Sequence record: NZ_KX443406.1
Source of the DNA: a plasmid
DNA: 64,000 bases
Reading direction: 5' to 3' (one strand)
Shown here: piece after piece, positions 1 through 9,121 of the stretch
Layout: each line of letters starts with the position of its first letter
Numbering within the stretch: the first letter of the stretch is position 1
Translations under genes and position numbers: made by a program
Notes under the pieces: model-generated
The model's database searches: none
The model's input: the letters and a program-made list of their open reading frames with translations, nothing else
Told to the model about the DNA's origin: nothing

Positions 1-1400
1 TTCCCGCCACTGGTTCCTCCGGGCTGCTGACCGCCGTCACCGCCGCCACCGAAGCTGGCCGGGGCCGGTTGCGCCGCACCTGTCGTCATGCCGGAGTCGC
101 CACCAGAGGCGCTGGTAGAAGCCGTTGTCGACGAGCTGCTCGCCACCGCAGCACCGGTCGGTGCACCGCCGCCGGCCATCATCCCGGCGCCCTTCATCGC
201 GAGGGCTCCGAGTGCCGCACCGGCCGCGGCACCACTGCCACCGCCGCCGAGAGCGCCGACGTTCGGAACGATCATGCGCATCAGCGACGGCAGCACGAGA
301 GCCGCCGCGCACAGCAGAATCACGCCGGTCAGTGCCATCAGCGCGTCCCCGTTGTCGGGGTTCGAGATCGTCGGTGTCGCCTTGAGGAACAGCATCGCCG
401 AGCAGCCAATGACGAAGGCACCCACAGGCTTGACCAGGAGCCAGGCGATCGTCCAGGCGATCATCTTGTCGAAGGCCTGGGAGCCGATCTTCGTACCGCC
501 AGCCGCACCGGCGATCGGCAGGGCGGCCGCCATCAACACGAGGAAGCCGGTTCGCATCAGCATCAGGAAGGCCATCACCAGGCCGCCGAGGATGCCGAGG
601 AGTCCGATCACGAACAGCAGGGCGGTCCCGCCCGGGCCCGCGTAGACGGCGATCGAGACCATCGCCTCGACGAGGCCACGCGGGTCTTCACCGACGGTCC
701 CTTCCATGAACCAGTTCGCGATGCCGTCCGAGAGCCGGGTGCCGAGAACGACGAGGCTGGTGAACGTGCCAGCGACGAGGGTCGCCCGCGCCATCTGCCG
801 GAAGCCCTCTTCCGAGGTGTCGCGGATCGCGCCCGAGCGCGCCATCGCCAGGCGAGCACCGAGGAGAATCATCGACAGCGCGAACGCTGCGACCTGGATG
901 TAGAAGGTGTACTCACCGATCGAGGAGACGGTGTCGGTGAAGACGTCCGTGTCGATCGGGTTGAACGTGATCCACCAGCCCAGAGCGAACTTGAGGATCT
1001 CCGCTCCAGCGTTGCCGAACGAAAGCGCCGTTTTCTCGACGGCACCCTCAGCAACCGACTGGGCAGCATCACCAATCTTGCCGGTGACGCCCGACATCAC
1101 ATCGCCAGCGGTTTCCCCACACGTATTGACTTCCGCACCGACCGCGCCGGCAAGCCAGCCAGCGACTGCGCCAGCGGTGTTGCCGAGCATCTTGGCGCAG
1201 TCGAGGGCACCTGTGATCGTGCCGGTGACCGTGTCAAGGGTGCTCTTTTCGGATTCACCGTCGGTCGGAGCAGCTTCCTGGCTCGTCGGAGCCGGGGAGC
1301 TCTCCTGCGCCGCCGCCGGTTGAACTGCTATGAGCATTCCGAGAAGAGCGATAAGGGCAATCAGAAGACCCTGCAGCGTCGATCGTTTGAGCGTGCTCAC
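1..1400 (-). CDS. Polytopic membrane protein, N-terminal part in window (GTG start at 1400-1398); the gene continues past the window start. Signal-peptide-like N-terminus, >=6 predicted TM segments, Gly/Ala/Ser-rich tail. VirB6/TrbL-like in architecture only.
   Basis: Hand translation of the minus strand gives an open, strongly hydrophobic frame (VSTLKRSTLQGLLIALIALLGMLIAVQPAAAQE...LVLMAAALPIAG...) with no stop through position 1. Its GTG overlaps the upstream stop as GTGA. The large + strand ORFs here (69..1556 and others) are R/P-rich antisense artefacts. Confidence 0.5.
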   Translation of the reverse strand, partial: MSTLKRSTLQGLLIALIALLGMLIAVQPAAAQESSPAPTSQEAAPTDGESEKSTLDTVTGTITGALDCAKMLGNTAGAVAGWLAGAVGAEVNTCGETAGDVMSGVTGKIGDAAQSVAEGAVEKTALSFGNAGAEILKFALGWWITFNPIDTDVFTDTVSSIGEYTFYIQVAAFALSMILLGARLAMARSGAIRDTSEEGFRQMARATLVAGTFTSLVVLGTRLSDGIANWFMEGTVGEDPRGLVEAMVSIAVYAGPGGTALLFVIGLLGILGGLVMAFLMLMRTGFLVLMAAALPIAGAAGGTKIGSQAFDKMIAWTIAWLLVKPVGAFVIGCSAMLFLKATPTISNPDNGDALMALTGVILLCAAALVLPSLMRMIVPNVGALGGGGSGAAAGAALGALAMKGAGMMAGGGAPTGAAVASSSSTTASTSASGGDSGMTTGAAQPAPASFGGGGDGGQQPGGTSGG

Positions 1401-2236
1401 CACCAAGATGTCCACCCCTCATCGAAGGTGGGCACAGTCGTGGAACCCATTCCGTTGGAATCAACTTTGAGAATCCAGCCGGTCCCCTCGCGCCAGACCA
1501 TCGGAACCTTGGTGACGGAGTTCTTGTTCTTCCCATCCGCCGTGTCGGCGCTGTAACCGAACTCCACGAGCGCCAGATCAGGGTTGAACCGCACCTTGAC
1601 CATTGGCATTGCCGAGGCCGGGGTGTTGTTCGGAATGGCTGCCAGGTTCGCCTTCTTGACCTCACCGCCGGGATCGGACAGGAATCCTGCATCGACGAGC
1701 ATCTTCTGGCGATCCGGGCCGCCGAACAGGTAGCCCATGTAGTGGGCAGCAGCCAGTCCGGCACCCTGCGCGGTACGCGAGAACCCTGCCGCGACGCCAT
1801 TGTCGGTGAAGCGCGTCGGACCATCCGAGGTGGAAAACGGAAGATCCATGTTTCCGTGGATTCGCTCGAGCATCACGCCGCCTGGCGCCTGGTCGGCGGG
1901 ACGGTCGGTGCCGGGCTGGGACTGCGGAAGGACGGCACCCTTCTCGTCAATCGGGACGTAGATGACTCGGTTCACACGGTCGAAGACGGGCTCGGGTTCG
2001 AACAGGCTTTGCGCCACCTGGCTGTTCCCTCCAGTGGCGTTCCGATCTGCAGGAACGAGTGGTCCTGCGTCCTCACCGCGGACGAGGATCACGATGCTGA
2101 ACACGATGCCGGCGATGATGATGACCGCGAGAACGGACAGGCCGATCATCAGCTTGGTCGCGGAGTTTCCCTTGTCGTCCGTGGAGGAGTCGTCGGCCGG
2201 CGGGGCGGCCGTCGTGTTGGTGTTCTGTTCGCTCAC
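1397..2236 (-). CDS. Single-pass membrane protein (N-terminal TM, large extracytoplasmic domain)
   Basis: ORF 1397..2344 trimmed to an internal GTG (VSEQNTN...) that overlaps the upstream stop as GTGA. One hydrophobic helix LMIGLSVLAVIIIAGIVFSIVILV. Confidence 0.5.
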   Translation of the reverse strand: MSEQNTNTTAAPPADDSSTDDKGNSATKLMIGLSVLAVIIIAGIVFSIVILVRGEDAGPLVPADRNATGGNSQVAQSLFEPEPVFDRVNRVIYVPIDEKGAVLPQSQPGTDRPADQAPGGVMLERIHGNMDLPFSTSDGPTRFTDNGVAAGFSRTAQGAGLAAAHYMGYLFGGPDRQKMLVDAGFLSDPGGEVKKANLAAIPNNTPASAMPMVKVRFNPDLALVEFGYSADTADGKNKNSVTKVPMVWREGTGWILKVDSNGMGSTTVPTFDEGWTSWW

Positions 2237-2844
2237 TTGCGGGTTCCTTCCAGGTTGACCAGGTCCGAGGGCATCTCGTCGAGCGCGGTGATGCTGGTGG
2301 CGTCTTCTGCGGGGAGTTCGAGGTGCCAGTCCTCCCCGGTCCACACGACTCGGCTGTGTGATGCGGCGAGGGAGTTGTCGGGGAAGCGCTGCACGACGTC
2401 GACGCTCGCGGCGTCGTCGCTGTAGTCGGTGATCGTGTAGCCGACGATCTCCGGTACCGCCTCAGGGTCGAGTCCCGAGATGGAGACGAGGGCTCGGTTG
2501 GCGGCATACACGTCCCGGGTCTCCCCGGGTGCGGCGACAGATCCGAGGATCTTCGGCCAATCGGTGTCGGACGCTGTTGCCAGCTGGACGGACTGGGTGA
2601 TGGCCGCGAGTGCGGCACCCTGCGGAGTATGGGTGAATCCGGTGAAGGGCTCCCCACTTCCGCCCTTCGGCCCATCGTTCTTGCCGATGGGCACCCACAC
2701 GCCCTTGACCGAGGACCAGCTCGCGATCTCCGGTGCGTCGGTCAGTGATGCTGTGGGCTGGTTGTCGGGCTGTCCTGCTCCTCCGCAGCCGGCGGTGGCC
2801 AGTGCCACCGCGACGATTGCTGCCCCTGCCAGGCGCCGAATCAT
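2233..2844 (-). CDS. Lipoprotein (signal peptide + lipobox LATAGC)
   Basis: MIRRLAGAAIVAVALATAGCGG... Its ATG overlaps the upstream stop as ATGA. Confidence 0.55.
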   Translation of the reverse strand: MIRRLAGAAIVAVALATAGCGGAGQPDNQPTASLTDAPEIASWSSVKGVWVPIGKNDGPKGGSGEPFTGFTHTPQGAALAAITQSVQLATASDTDWPKILGSVAAPGETRDVYAANRALVSISGLDPEAVPEIVGYTITDYSDDAASVDVVQRFPDNSLAASHSRVVWTGEDWHLELPAEDATSITALDEMPSDLVNLEGTRK

Positions 2845-3239
2845 TCGTTCTCCTGATCCTGCTGTTCTTCTTGCTGCTCAGTCGGTTTCGTTTTGTTCTT
2901 GATTTCTTGGACGATGTCGGCCTTCTGGGGTGGTGTCGTCGACTGCGGTCCGTAGGCGCTCGAGAGCAGGATCGTGGCGATGGTGACCGAGACGCCTCCG
3001 GCCAGGAGTGCACCGATGTTCGCGGCCAGGAACTCCGCGGCCTTCGGCGACTCCATGCCTGCGCCGTGCTTGTGGTCCCACGCCATGCGTGCGCCGACGA
3101 AGATGACCTTCGCGACGCAGATGACGAAGACGATCCCGGCGGCATATCCGAGGAGCGTCTGAATATCTCCGACGACGTCACTGGGCAGTTCGACCACTGC
3201 CAGGTTCTCGGTAGGTGGGTACGAGTCAGGGAATCGCAT
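2841..3239 (-). CDS. Small 2-TM membrane protein (132 aa) with a charged Q/E-rich C-terminus; pilin/VirB2-TrbC-like in size and topology only
   Basis: Two hydrophobic helices (YAAGIVFVICVAKVIFVGA; IGALLAGGVSVTIATILL). Operon context. Confidence 0.45.
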   Translation of the reverse strand: MRFPDSYPPTENLAVVELPSDVVGDIQTLLGYAAGIVFVICVAKVIFVGARMAWDHKHGAGMESPKAAEFLAANIGALLAGGVSVTIATILLSSAYGPQSTTPPQKADIVQEIKNKTKPTEQQEEQQDQENE

Positions 3240-3257
3240 TCCGGGATCGCCTTCTGC

Positions 3258-3539
3258 CTACGCCGAGGTGACGGCGGAGAGGATCGAGTTCGCCGAGATG
3301 GCGACGATCGCACCGACGAGGCTGCCGACGAGCATCTTGACGGCGTCGGACTGGCCGTTCTGCCACTTCTCCCACGCGAACTTGCCGCCCGAGAAAACCA
3401 GTGCGGCAACGCAGGCGAGGGTGACGCCCCAGAGGAGCCAGTTCAGCAACTTGAGCAGGCCGTTCGCGCCGGGCGGCACCTCAGGATTGATGTCGAAGTT
3501 CTGCGCGAGAACCGCGGTGTCGAGGACGGTGTGGAGCAT
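3258..3539 (-). CDS. Small 2-TM membrane protein (93 aa), pilin-sized
   Basis: LLKLLNWLLWGVTLACVAALVFSG and LVGSLVGAIVAISANSILSAV hydrophobic segments. Confidence 0.45.
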   Translation of the reverse strand: MLHTVLDTAVLAQNFDINPEVPPGANGLLKLLNWLLWGVTLACVAALVFSGGKFAWEKWQNGQSDAVKMLVGSLVGAIVAISANSILSAVTSA

Positions 3540-3569
3540 GGAGATTTCCCTCCCTTTGGTGGTGATGAA

Positions 3570-4142
3570 CTACTGCGTCGACCACAGGTCGGGCAGTCGG
3601 TCCTGGATCGCCGTGACGATGCCGATGCCGGCAGCGATCACGTCCGCGGGAACCTGGATGGCGGCTCCCTTGGTCTGGATGGGCACGCCGTCGATCGCGC
3701 GCCAGGTGGGCAGGCTCGACCGGGCGGCCGAGCCGAGGAATCGGTGCCAACCGATCGACCAGTTGTCGTGCACCGCGCCAGCGACGATGGAGCGCCGCTG
3801 GCGAACGTCCTTCGGGACCGCGCCCGCTGTGTTCGCGATCGTGACCAGGCCGAGGAGTTCGGTCTGCAGGCCCCGGTTTCGGTGTTCGAGGATCAGATCG
3901 TGCGCGCTGGCGAGTCCTTCGATGGTTTCCCGGCACACCACGACGACGTACGGGGATTCGCGTTCGCGGTCGGTGCCGCACGGCCATTGCTGGCGGGCAT
4001 CACCTGCGAAGTCCCAGTAGTGCGCGAGCGTCGAGACACCGGCGCCGCCGTGCGCGCCGACAAGCCACACAGCGGGCGACGGACGAACGCCGTCCATCGG
4101 TTCCGATCGGACGTCGAGAGTGATCGAGTCACGTTGGCTCAT
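3570..4142 (-). CDS. MinD/ParA-like (SIMIBI-fold) protein with degenerate Walker A, no Lys (VGAHGGAGVSTLA); probable pseudo-ATPase
   Basis: ORF 3570..4220 trimmed to MSQRDS..., whose ATG overlaps the upstream stop as ATGA. The P-loop-like segment lacks the conserved lysine. Confidence 0.45.
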   Translation of the reverse strand: MSQRDSITLDVRSEPMDGVRPSPAVWLVGAHGGAGVSTLAHYWDFAGDARQQWPCGTDRERESPYVVVVCRETIEGLASAHDLILEHRNRGLQTELLGLVTIANTAGAVPKDVRQRRSIVAGAVHDNWSIGWHRFLGSAARSSLPTWRAIDGVPIQTKGAAIQVPADVIAAGIGIVTAIQDRLPDLWSTQ

Positions 4143-4906
4143 GCCAGCTCTCCTGTCGTGTCGGCGTTGTGGTCTTGGACGGCAGTCAACTGTCCGAGCG
4201 CGTCGAGGGCGTCGGTCCACGCGTCGAGAGCTCCGCTCGACAGGCGCCGGTGGTCGAGGCGTCCCGGCAGCGCGAGCGCAGCGTCGAACGGGACCTCGAC
4301 GAACCCGGCGGTGCGGGGCGCGAGTGCGTCCCGGATCGGCGCGAGGTCGATCAGGGTCTCCGGCATCTGGTGGGAGATGGTCACGATCGTGCGTGCCAGG
4401 GTGTCGGCGCCGTAGGTCTTCATCAGCCAGCCGAGGGCATCGCGCATTCGACTCAGCGGCTCGGACCGCGCCGGGGCCACGATCACGATCCCTGCCCCGG
4501 CTTCGATGAGCGGGCCGAGGCGACGCGAGCGCAACGCCGGACCGACGTCGTGGAAGCGAGCCAGGCTGCGGTCTGCGAGTAGACCGTCGACGAGGGCCGG
4601 GTCGGTGGTGTCGCCGTGCCCGACGACGACCACACCTGCGCTGCTGACGGCCATGCGGGATCCGAGCTGGCGAATCGCGCGGGCACTGTCGATGGCGTCG
4701 ATGCCGGTGCGTTCGAGCAGGTTCCCGCCGTCGGAGGTTCCGTCGATCGCGGCGACGTCCGAACCCGTGCCGAGCCGCAGTGCGGTCGCCAACCCGTAGG
4801 TCGTTGTGGTCGACGCGGCTCCACCGGAGCCGGCAACGACGATGGCCGACACCTGCTCCGGATCCGTCACCTTCGGTGTCCTGCGCAGGGGGTAAACGTT
4901 CGTCAT
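4139..4906 (-). CDS. MinD/ParA-like protein with degenerate Walker A (AGSGGAASTTTT, no Lys); second tandem pseudo-ATPase
   Basis: VVAGSGGAASTTTTYGLATAL resembles a KGGxGKTT deviant Walker A but has no lysine. Adjacent paralog-like gene. Confidence 0.45.
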   Translation of the reverse strand: MTNVYPLRRTPKVTDPEQVSAIVVAGSGGAASTTTTYGLATALRLGTGSDVAAIDGTSDGGNLLERTGIDAIDSARAIRQLGSRMAVSSAGVVVVGHGDTTDPALVDGLLADRSLARFHDVGPALRSRRLGPLIEAGAGIVIVAPARSEPLSRMRDALGWLMKTYGADTLARTIVTISHQMPETLIDLAPIRDALAPRTAGFVEVPFDAALALPGRLDHRRLSSGALDAWTDALDALGQLTAVQDHNADTTGELA

Positions 4907-6063
4907 TTGCGGTCCTCCACTGTCGCGATCTTCATTCCGCCGTCACCGGGTGCCGTGGTGATCCACTGCCGGTGAATGCCTTCGCTGCCAACGGGCGGGA
5001 TCCTCAGCAGCACGTCGACTGACCAGCGGTTCGGGTCCGGGGTCGGGAGCACGGTCACGCAGTGGTCGGTGCCGACGGGGACGGCGTCGATGAACGACTG
5101 GACCTCCGCTACCGGGGACGGCATCACCATCAGTGACGCGACGGCGTCTCCACTGCGCTTGACGTAGTAGGCGTGCTCGAACGCCTGGATGACGGCCGGA
5201 CCGGAGTCGCGTCCACCAGCGCCGTTGCCGACGATGCGGTCCGGCTCGTTGACTGTCTCGCACCAGGCCGGGGCTGCGGCCGTTGTTTCCGCGGACGTTT
5301 CCGCTGACGACGTCGACTCAGGCAGGGGCGGCACCGGGGTCTCACCGCTGTCGCCGGTGAAGGCGAGGACCGCGCCGGCGGTGACTACCGAAAGCGCCGC
5401 CACACCTGCGCCGACCAGCATGAAGGTCTTGCCGCCCGAACGCCCTCCCCCACCGTCGCCGTCACCGGCAACGGCCACAGGTTCGGTCGGATCCGCGGGC
5501 GGAACGTCGGCTGCGGGCAGCGCCGTCGCCGCTGCGGGCCTCTGGACACGCAGTCGGCCGACGACGGACTTGAAGCCGCCACGCGTGCGTTCGATGGCGA
5601 CGAGGGGCTCGCGGGGAATGTGGGCGCGCACCCAGTCCGGTGCGTCGGCGTAGGGGTCGAGGGGTAGCAGTTCGTGCTCGTCGACGAAAGCGCCGTCCGA
5701 GTATGCCTGGGGCGAAGCCGATTCGGGGGCCCACTCGCTGTACGCCTGGGGCGCGACTGCGGCGAACTGCTCCGTCTCGGCGTCAGCGGCCGCCGTGGGC
5801 GCGTCGATCGGCTGGAGGTCGGTCTGGATGATCGACTCCGTGTCGATCGGTTCAAGGTCTGTCTGCACGACCGAGTCCTGCTCGACGTCGAGCGGCTCGA
5901 GGTCATGCTCGAAGACGGCGGCGTCCGCCTCTGCGAACGTCTCCGCCGGGATGGGGAAGTCCAGTCCGTCCGAGACTGGGGTGTCGTCGGCTGGGGTCTG
6001 GTCGGTCCCGTAGTGCTCGATCACGTCGGGGAACAGCTGCTGCTCCCGATTGTCCGTCGACAT
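4903..6063 (-). CDS. Bitopic membrane protein: highly acidic ~200-aa N-terminal region, one TM, C-terminal domain with 2 Cys
   Basis: D/E-rich N-terminus, TM FMLVGAGVAALSVVTAGAVLAF, then a C-terminal domain containing AWCETV...DHCVTV. Confidence 0.45.
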   Translation of the reverse strand: MSTDNREQQLFPDVIEHYGTDQTPADDTPVSDGLDFPIPAETFAEADAAVFEHDLEPLDVEQDSVVQTDLEPIDTESIIQTDLQPIDAPTAAADAETEQFAAVAPQAYSEWAPESASPQAYSDGAFVDEHELLPLDPYADAPDWVRAHIPREPLVAIERTRGGFKSVVGRLRVQRPAAATALPAADVPPADPTEPVAVAGDGDGGGGRSGGKTFMLVGAGVAALSVVTAGAVLAFTGDSGETPVPPLPESTSSAETSAETTAAAPAWCETVNEPDRIVGNGAGGRDSGPAVIQAFEHAYYVKRSGDAVASLMVMPSPVAEVQSFIDAVPVGTDHCVTVLPTPDPNRWSVDVLLRIPPVGSEGIHRQWITTAPGDGGMKIATVEDRK

Positions 6064-6128
6064 TTATCCTCCGTGTGAATGGGTGGGGGCAGGTTTCCCT
6101 GCCCCCACCTGGGGCTTCACGAGTTCGA

Positions 6129-7280
6129 TCAGGCTTGCGTGACGCCGGCGCCAACGGCACCCGAGACCAGCTGTGCAGCAACACCCGCCGACCCGCGGCC
6201 GAACTGCGCGAGAGCGCCGTCGATCGCGTCGACGACCTGCTGGCCGCCAGGCTGGGCGGTGGCCCAGTCGCGGGCCTGCTGGTCGATGCCGGGGGCCGCC
6301 TCGACGACGTCCCGCACGGCGGTTGCGGCGGCCTGGCCGACCGGACCCGACTCTTCCCACTGGGTCAGCGTGGTGTCGGTCTGCTCGGTGATCGCGGCCT
6401 CGTCGATGCTGGGCAGGTCGACCTCGATCCGCTGGCCCTCGTCGTCGCCCGCACCGAATGCCGTACCAGCGACGAAACCGGCTGCGCCGCCAGCGATCGC
6501 ACCGGGGATGGCAGTGACCGCGCCGCCGATCGCTGCACCGGCAGCGGTGCCGGCGACTGTGGTCGGGACGACGACCACTGCGGGCAGCCCCGGGACGGGA
6601 GCGAGCGGGATCGACACATAGCCGCCGATCCCCAGGCCGATGTTGCCGCCGATGGTGCCGCCGATCAGCGCACCCGGGACCGCACCGATTCCAGCACCGG
6701 CCAGTGCGCCGCCGACGGTTCCCGCGATCTGGCCGGCCGCGACCCGATCCGCCCTCTCGGCGTTGACACCGATGGAGCGGTAGAACGTCGAGACCTGCGA
6801 GCGGACGAGCTCACTGGTGTTGTTGGTTCGCTCCATGTCCTCGGTCGTGACCCAGTTGGGGCGCTTCATGTGGATGTCACCGAGCATGATGATTTCCGGC
6901 GGCGCGATGTACATCGGTGCGGCCTCGACCGCGACAGGTGCGTGCAGCGCGGAGTAGTCGATCGGCGCAACGTAGTTCGAGTAGCCGGTGTACTGGTTCG
7001 TCTCGTAGTCGTAGTTCGGCTTCGGGACGTAGGTCGGCTGAACCGCCGGGGCTTCGACCCAGTAGATCGGCTCGCTCGGAGCCTCCGGGACGTATGCCGG
7101 CTGCGGGGCCGTCGTCGTACCGCCCTGCGTCGAGGGAGCCGGGGTCGTCACTCCGCCCTGCGACGGCAACTCGACCGGATCGGCGTTCGCCACGCCTGCC
7201 CCGGCGACGACGATCGCCGCTGCCGTTGCCGGGACCAGGCCCGCCTTCGCGGCCCGCGAGACCTTGCGGTGCTTACCCAT
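6129..7280 (-). CDS. Secreted protein: signal peptide, Pro/Thr-rich spacer, ~90-aa Gly-zipper hydrophobic segment (GxxxG repeats), acidic C-terminus
   Basis: MGKHRKVSRAAKAGLVPATAAAIVVAGAGVANA signal peptide. AGQIAGTVGGALAGAGIGAVPGALIGGTIGGNIGLGIGG... glycine zipper. Confidence 0.5.
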   Translation of the reverse strand: MGKHRKVSRAAKAGLVPATAAAIVVAGAGVANADPVELPSQGGVTTPAPSTQGGTTTAPQPAYVPEAPSEPIYWVEAPAVQPTYVPKPNYDYETNQYTGYSNYVAPIDYSALHAPVAVEAAPMYIAPPEIIMLGDIHMKRPNWVTTEDMERTNNTSELVRSQVSTFYRSIGVNAERADRVAAGQIAGTVGGALAGAGIGAVPGALIGGTIGGNIGLGIGGYVSIPLAPVPGLPAVVVVPTTVAGTAAGAAIGGAVTAIPGAIAGGAAGFVAGTAFGAGDDEGQRIEVDLPSIDEAAITEQTDTTLTQWEESGPVGQAAATAVRDVVEAAPGIDQQARDWATAQPGGQQVVDAIDGALAQFGRGSAGVAAQLVSGAVGAGVTQA

Positions 7281-7306
7281 TCGTTTCTCTTCTTTCTTCG
7301 AGGGTT

Positions 7307-8968
7307 TCAGGAGTTCGAGTCGGAGTTCGCGATGCCGACGCCGCCTTGTTCGATCAGCGCCGGTTCCGACTCGTCACGGCTGGTCGTCGTGGTCGCAGAC
7401 GTGGTGGACGTCGTCGTGGTGGGAGCGGTACTGATCGTCGTGCTCGTGGTCGTGGTCGGCTTCGGTGACGTCGTCACGGTGGTCGGCCGAGCCGCGCTGG
7501 TGGCCTTTGTGGTGGACGTCGAGGAGGTCTTCGAGGACGAACCCAGATCCGCGGCCGCCGCAGCGAGCCAGGAGGCGACGAACTTCGTCGGAGCCTGTCC
7601 GGTAGGGGTGGCCGGGATGGAGCCGTAGGAGCCGTGCTCGACCGCGGTGTTGCGGTACGAGGACAGCGCCACCAGGTCGAACGTGTCGCGGTTGGCCTTG
7701 AGCTCGCTCTGGACGATCTTGAACGTCTGGCTCACGAGGCGCTGCGTCGTCGCCGGCGGAATCAGCTCAGGCAGAACACTGACCGCCTTGGCAGCCAGAA
7801 TCGCCATCGCCGCAGGCGGATTCGCCAGCCCCACGGTCGCAACCGCCGCGATGGTCTCCGGCGTCAGAACCTTCTTCGCGACCGTCACAGCGGCGTTGAG
7901 GCCAATCAGACCGACCTTCACCAGCGCCGAGGTGACTTCCTGCCCCGTCGGCGGCTTCGCTCGCGGATCCGATGCCTCAGCCAGACGCTGCGAAATCGTC
8001 TTCTTCGGCTGGATCGAGATGTTCTCGAGTGCGTTCTTCGGAGCCTGAATGTCCTTGTTGATGACGTCGACGGCGGTCTTGAACGTCGTCGATGCCAGCG
8101 CGCGCCCGATCGTGGTGACTGCAACGAACGGATCCCCACCGATCTCGGCCTGTCCCGCCACGTTGACAACCGCACGAGCGATCGGCGCATTCGGCGGAGC
8201 GTCGCACGCGAGATCGCCGGTCTGGCACCACGACGAGACACGCCCGGACAGAGATCCGTAGTCCTTCGCGACGTCAGATACCGGGCCGATGCCCGCACCC
8301 TTGGGCGAGGCGAATGAGACGGGCGCCAGCGCCCCGACTTCCTCGCCACGGGTGCCCGGGACCGGAGTCGGCGTCTGCTGCGACGTACCGGGGAACAGGC
8401 CCGCACCTTCGCTGCGGGTGGGCGCGCCGAACAGAGCGCCCGCCGCAATTGCCGAGGCAGGAACCGCGCCGCTCCCCTTCCCCACCGACCGGAGGAAGTT
8501 GCTCGCTGCGTGCGCGCCCTGAGAGAAACCGACCACCGCGAGCTTGGTCTTCGGGCACTTCGCCAGCACCGTCGTCGCAGCCTGTGTGAGGTTCTCCTCC
8601 CCCTTCGCGACCGAGACCGCGTAGGAATCGGTTCCGCCGGGCGTGATTCCGCCGAACGACCCGGGGTAGGGCACATACGCGCGATCGACGCTCGCACCGA
8701 GCTCACGCGCCTGGCTGAGCATCGGCGACATGACCGTGCCGAGCATCCCCGTGTCCGCCTTCACCGGTGCATCGGGCGACGTCTCCGTCGTGCCCTGCAG
8801 ACCGAGCGCGAACAGGTCTGGGCAATCACCCACCAGATCATCGAGCCATGCGGCCTCCGCGGGCGGCGGCGGCGACTGCGCATACGCCGGCGCGGTACCG
8901 AGGCCGGCGACGGCGACAACAGCCGTCGAAACCGCTACGGCAGCAACACGTCTGGACCAGTTCTCCAT
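7307..8968 (-). CDS. Secreted alpha/beta hydrolase, cutinase-like (GFSQGA serine motif), with long C-terminal Thr/Ser-rich linker
   Basis: Signal peptide. VVGFSQGAHAA matches the cutinase G-[YF]-S-Q-G nucleophile elbow. C-terminal TTTTSTT... low-complexity tail. First gene of the operon, with divergent regulatory region 8969-9121. Confidence 0.5.
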   Translation of the reverse strand: MENWSRRVAAVAVSTAVVAVAGLGTAPAYAQSPPPPAEAAWLDDLVGDCPDLFALGLQGTTETSPDAPVKADTGMLGTVMSPMLSQARELGASVDRAYVPYPGSFGGITPGGTDSYAVSVAKGEENLTQAATTVLAKCPKTKLAVVGFSQGAHAASNFLRSVGKGSGAVPASAIAAGALFGAPTRSEGAGLFPGTSQQTPTPVPGTRGEEVGALAPVSFASPKGAGIGPVSDVAKDYGSLSGRVSSWCQTGDLACDAPPNAPIARAVVNVAGQAEIGGDPFVAVTTIGRALASTTFKTAVDVINKDIQAPKNALENISIQPKKTISQRLAEASDPRAKPPTGQEVTSALVKVGLIGLNAAVTVAKKVLTPETIAAVATVGLANPPAAMAILAAKAVSVLPELIPPATTQRLVSQTFKIVQSELKANRDTFDLVALSSYRNTAVEHGSYGSIPATPTGQAPTKFVASWLAAAAADLGSSSKTSSTSTTKATSAARPTTVTTSPKPTTTTSTTISTAPTTTTSTTSATTTTSRDESEPALIEQGGVGIANSDSNS

Positions 8969-9121
8969 ACTCCCCTCCTTCTAGACATGAGCTTACGCCG
9001 AAACAACACTATTTCCCACCATTAAATCCCACCAAATATCGGCGGAGATTTCCGCCTACCTCGGCAGATGCGGCAAGGTTGTCGATCTAGATGCACGACA
9101 GTCGGCGTCAGTGCGACAGTG

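Noticed and set aside
69-1556. 495-aa + strand ORF (and 88..645, 907..1323) over the first 1.5 kb
   Set aside because: Arg/Pro/Ala-rich, low-complexity translations typical of antisense or off-frame reading in high-GC DNA. The minus strand gives a coherent hydrophobic membrane protein instead.
2733-4415. 560-aa + strand ORF and 2462..3409 minus ORF
   Set aside because: R-rich junk composition. They overlap well-formed small membrane-protein and MinD-like genes in the operon frame.
7307-7480. Thr/Ser-rich stretch as a separate repeat feature or mucin-like gene
   Set aside because: It is the in-frame C-terminal linker of the cutinase-like protein.
6075-7628. 517-aa + strand ORF
   Set aside because: Antisense to the secreted Gly-zipper gene. 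Arg-rich.
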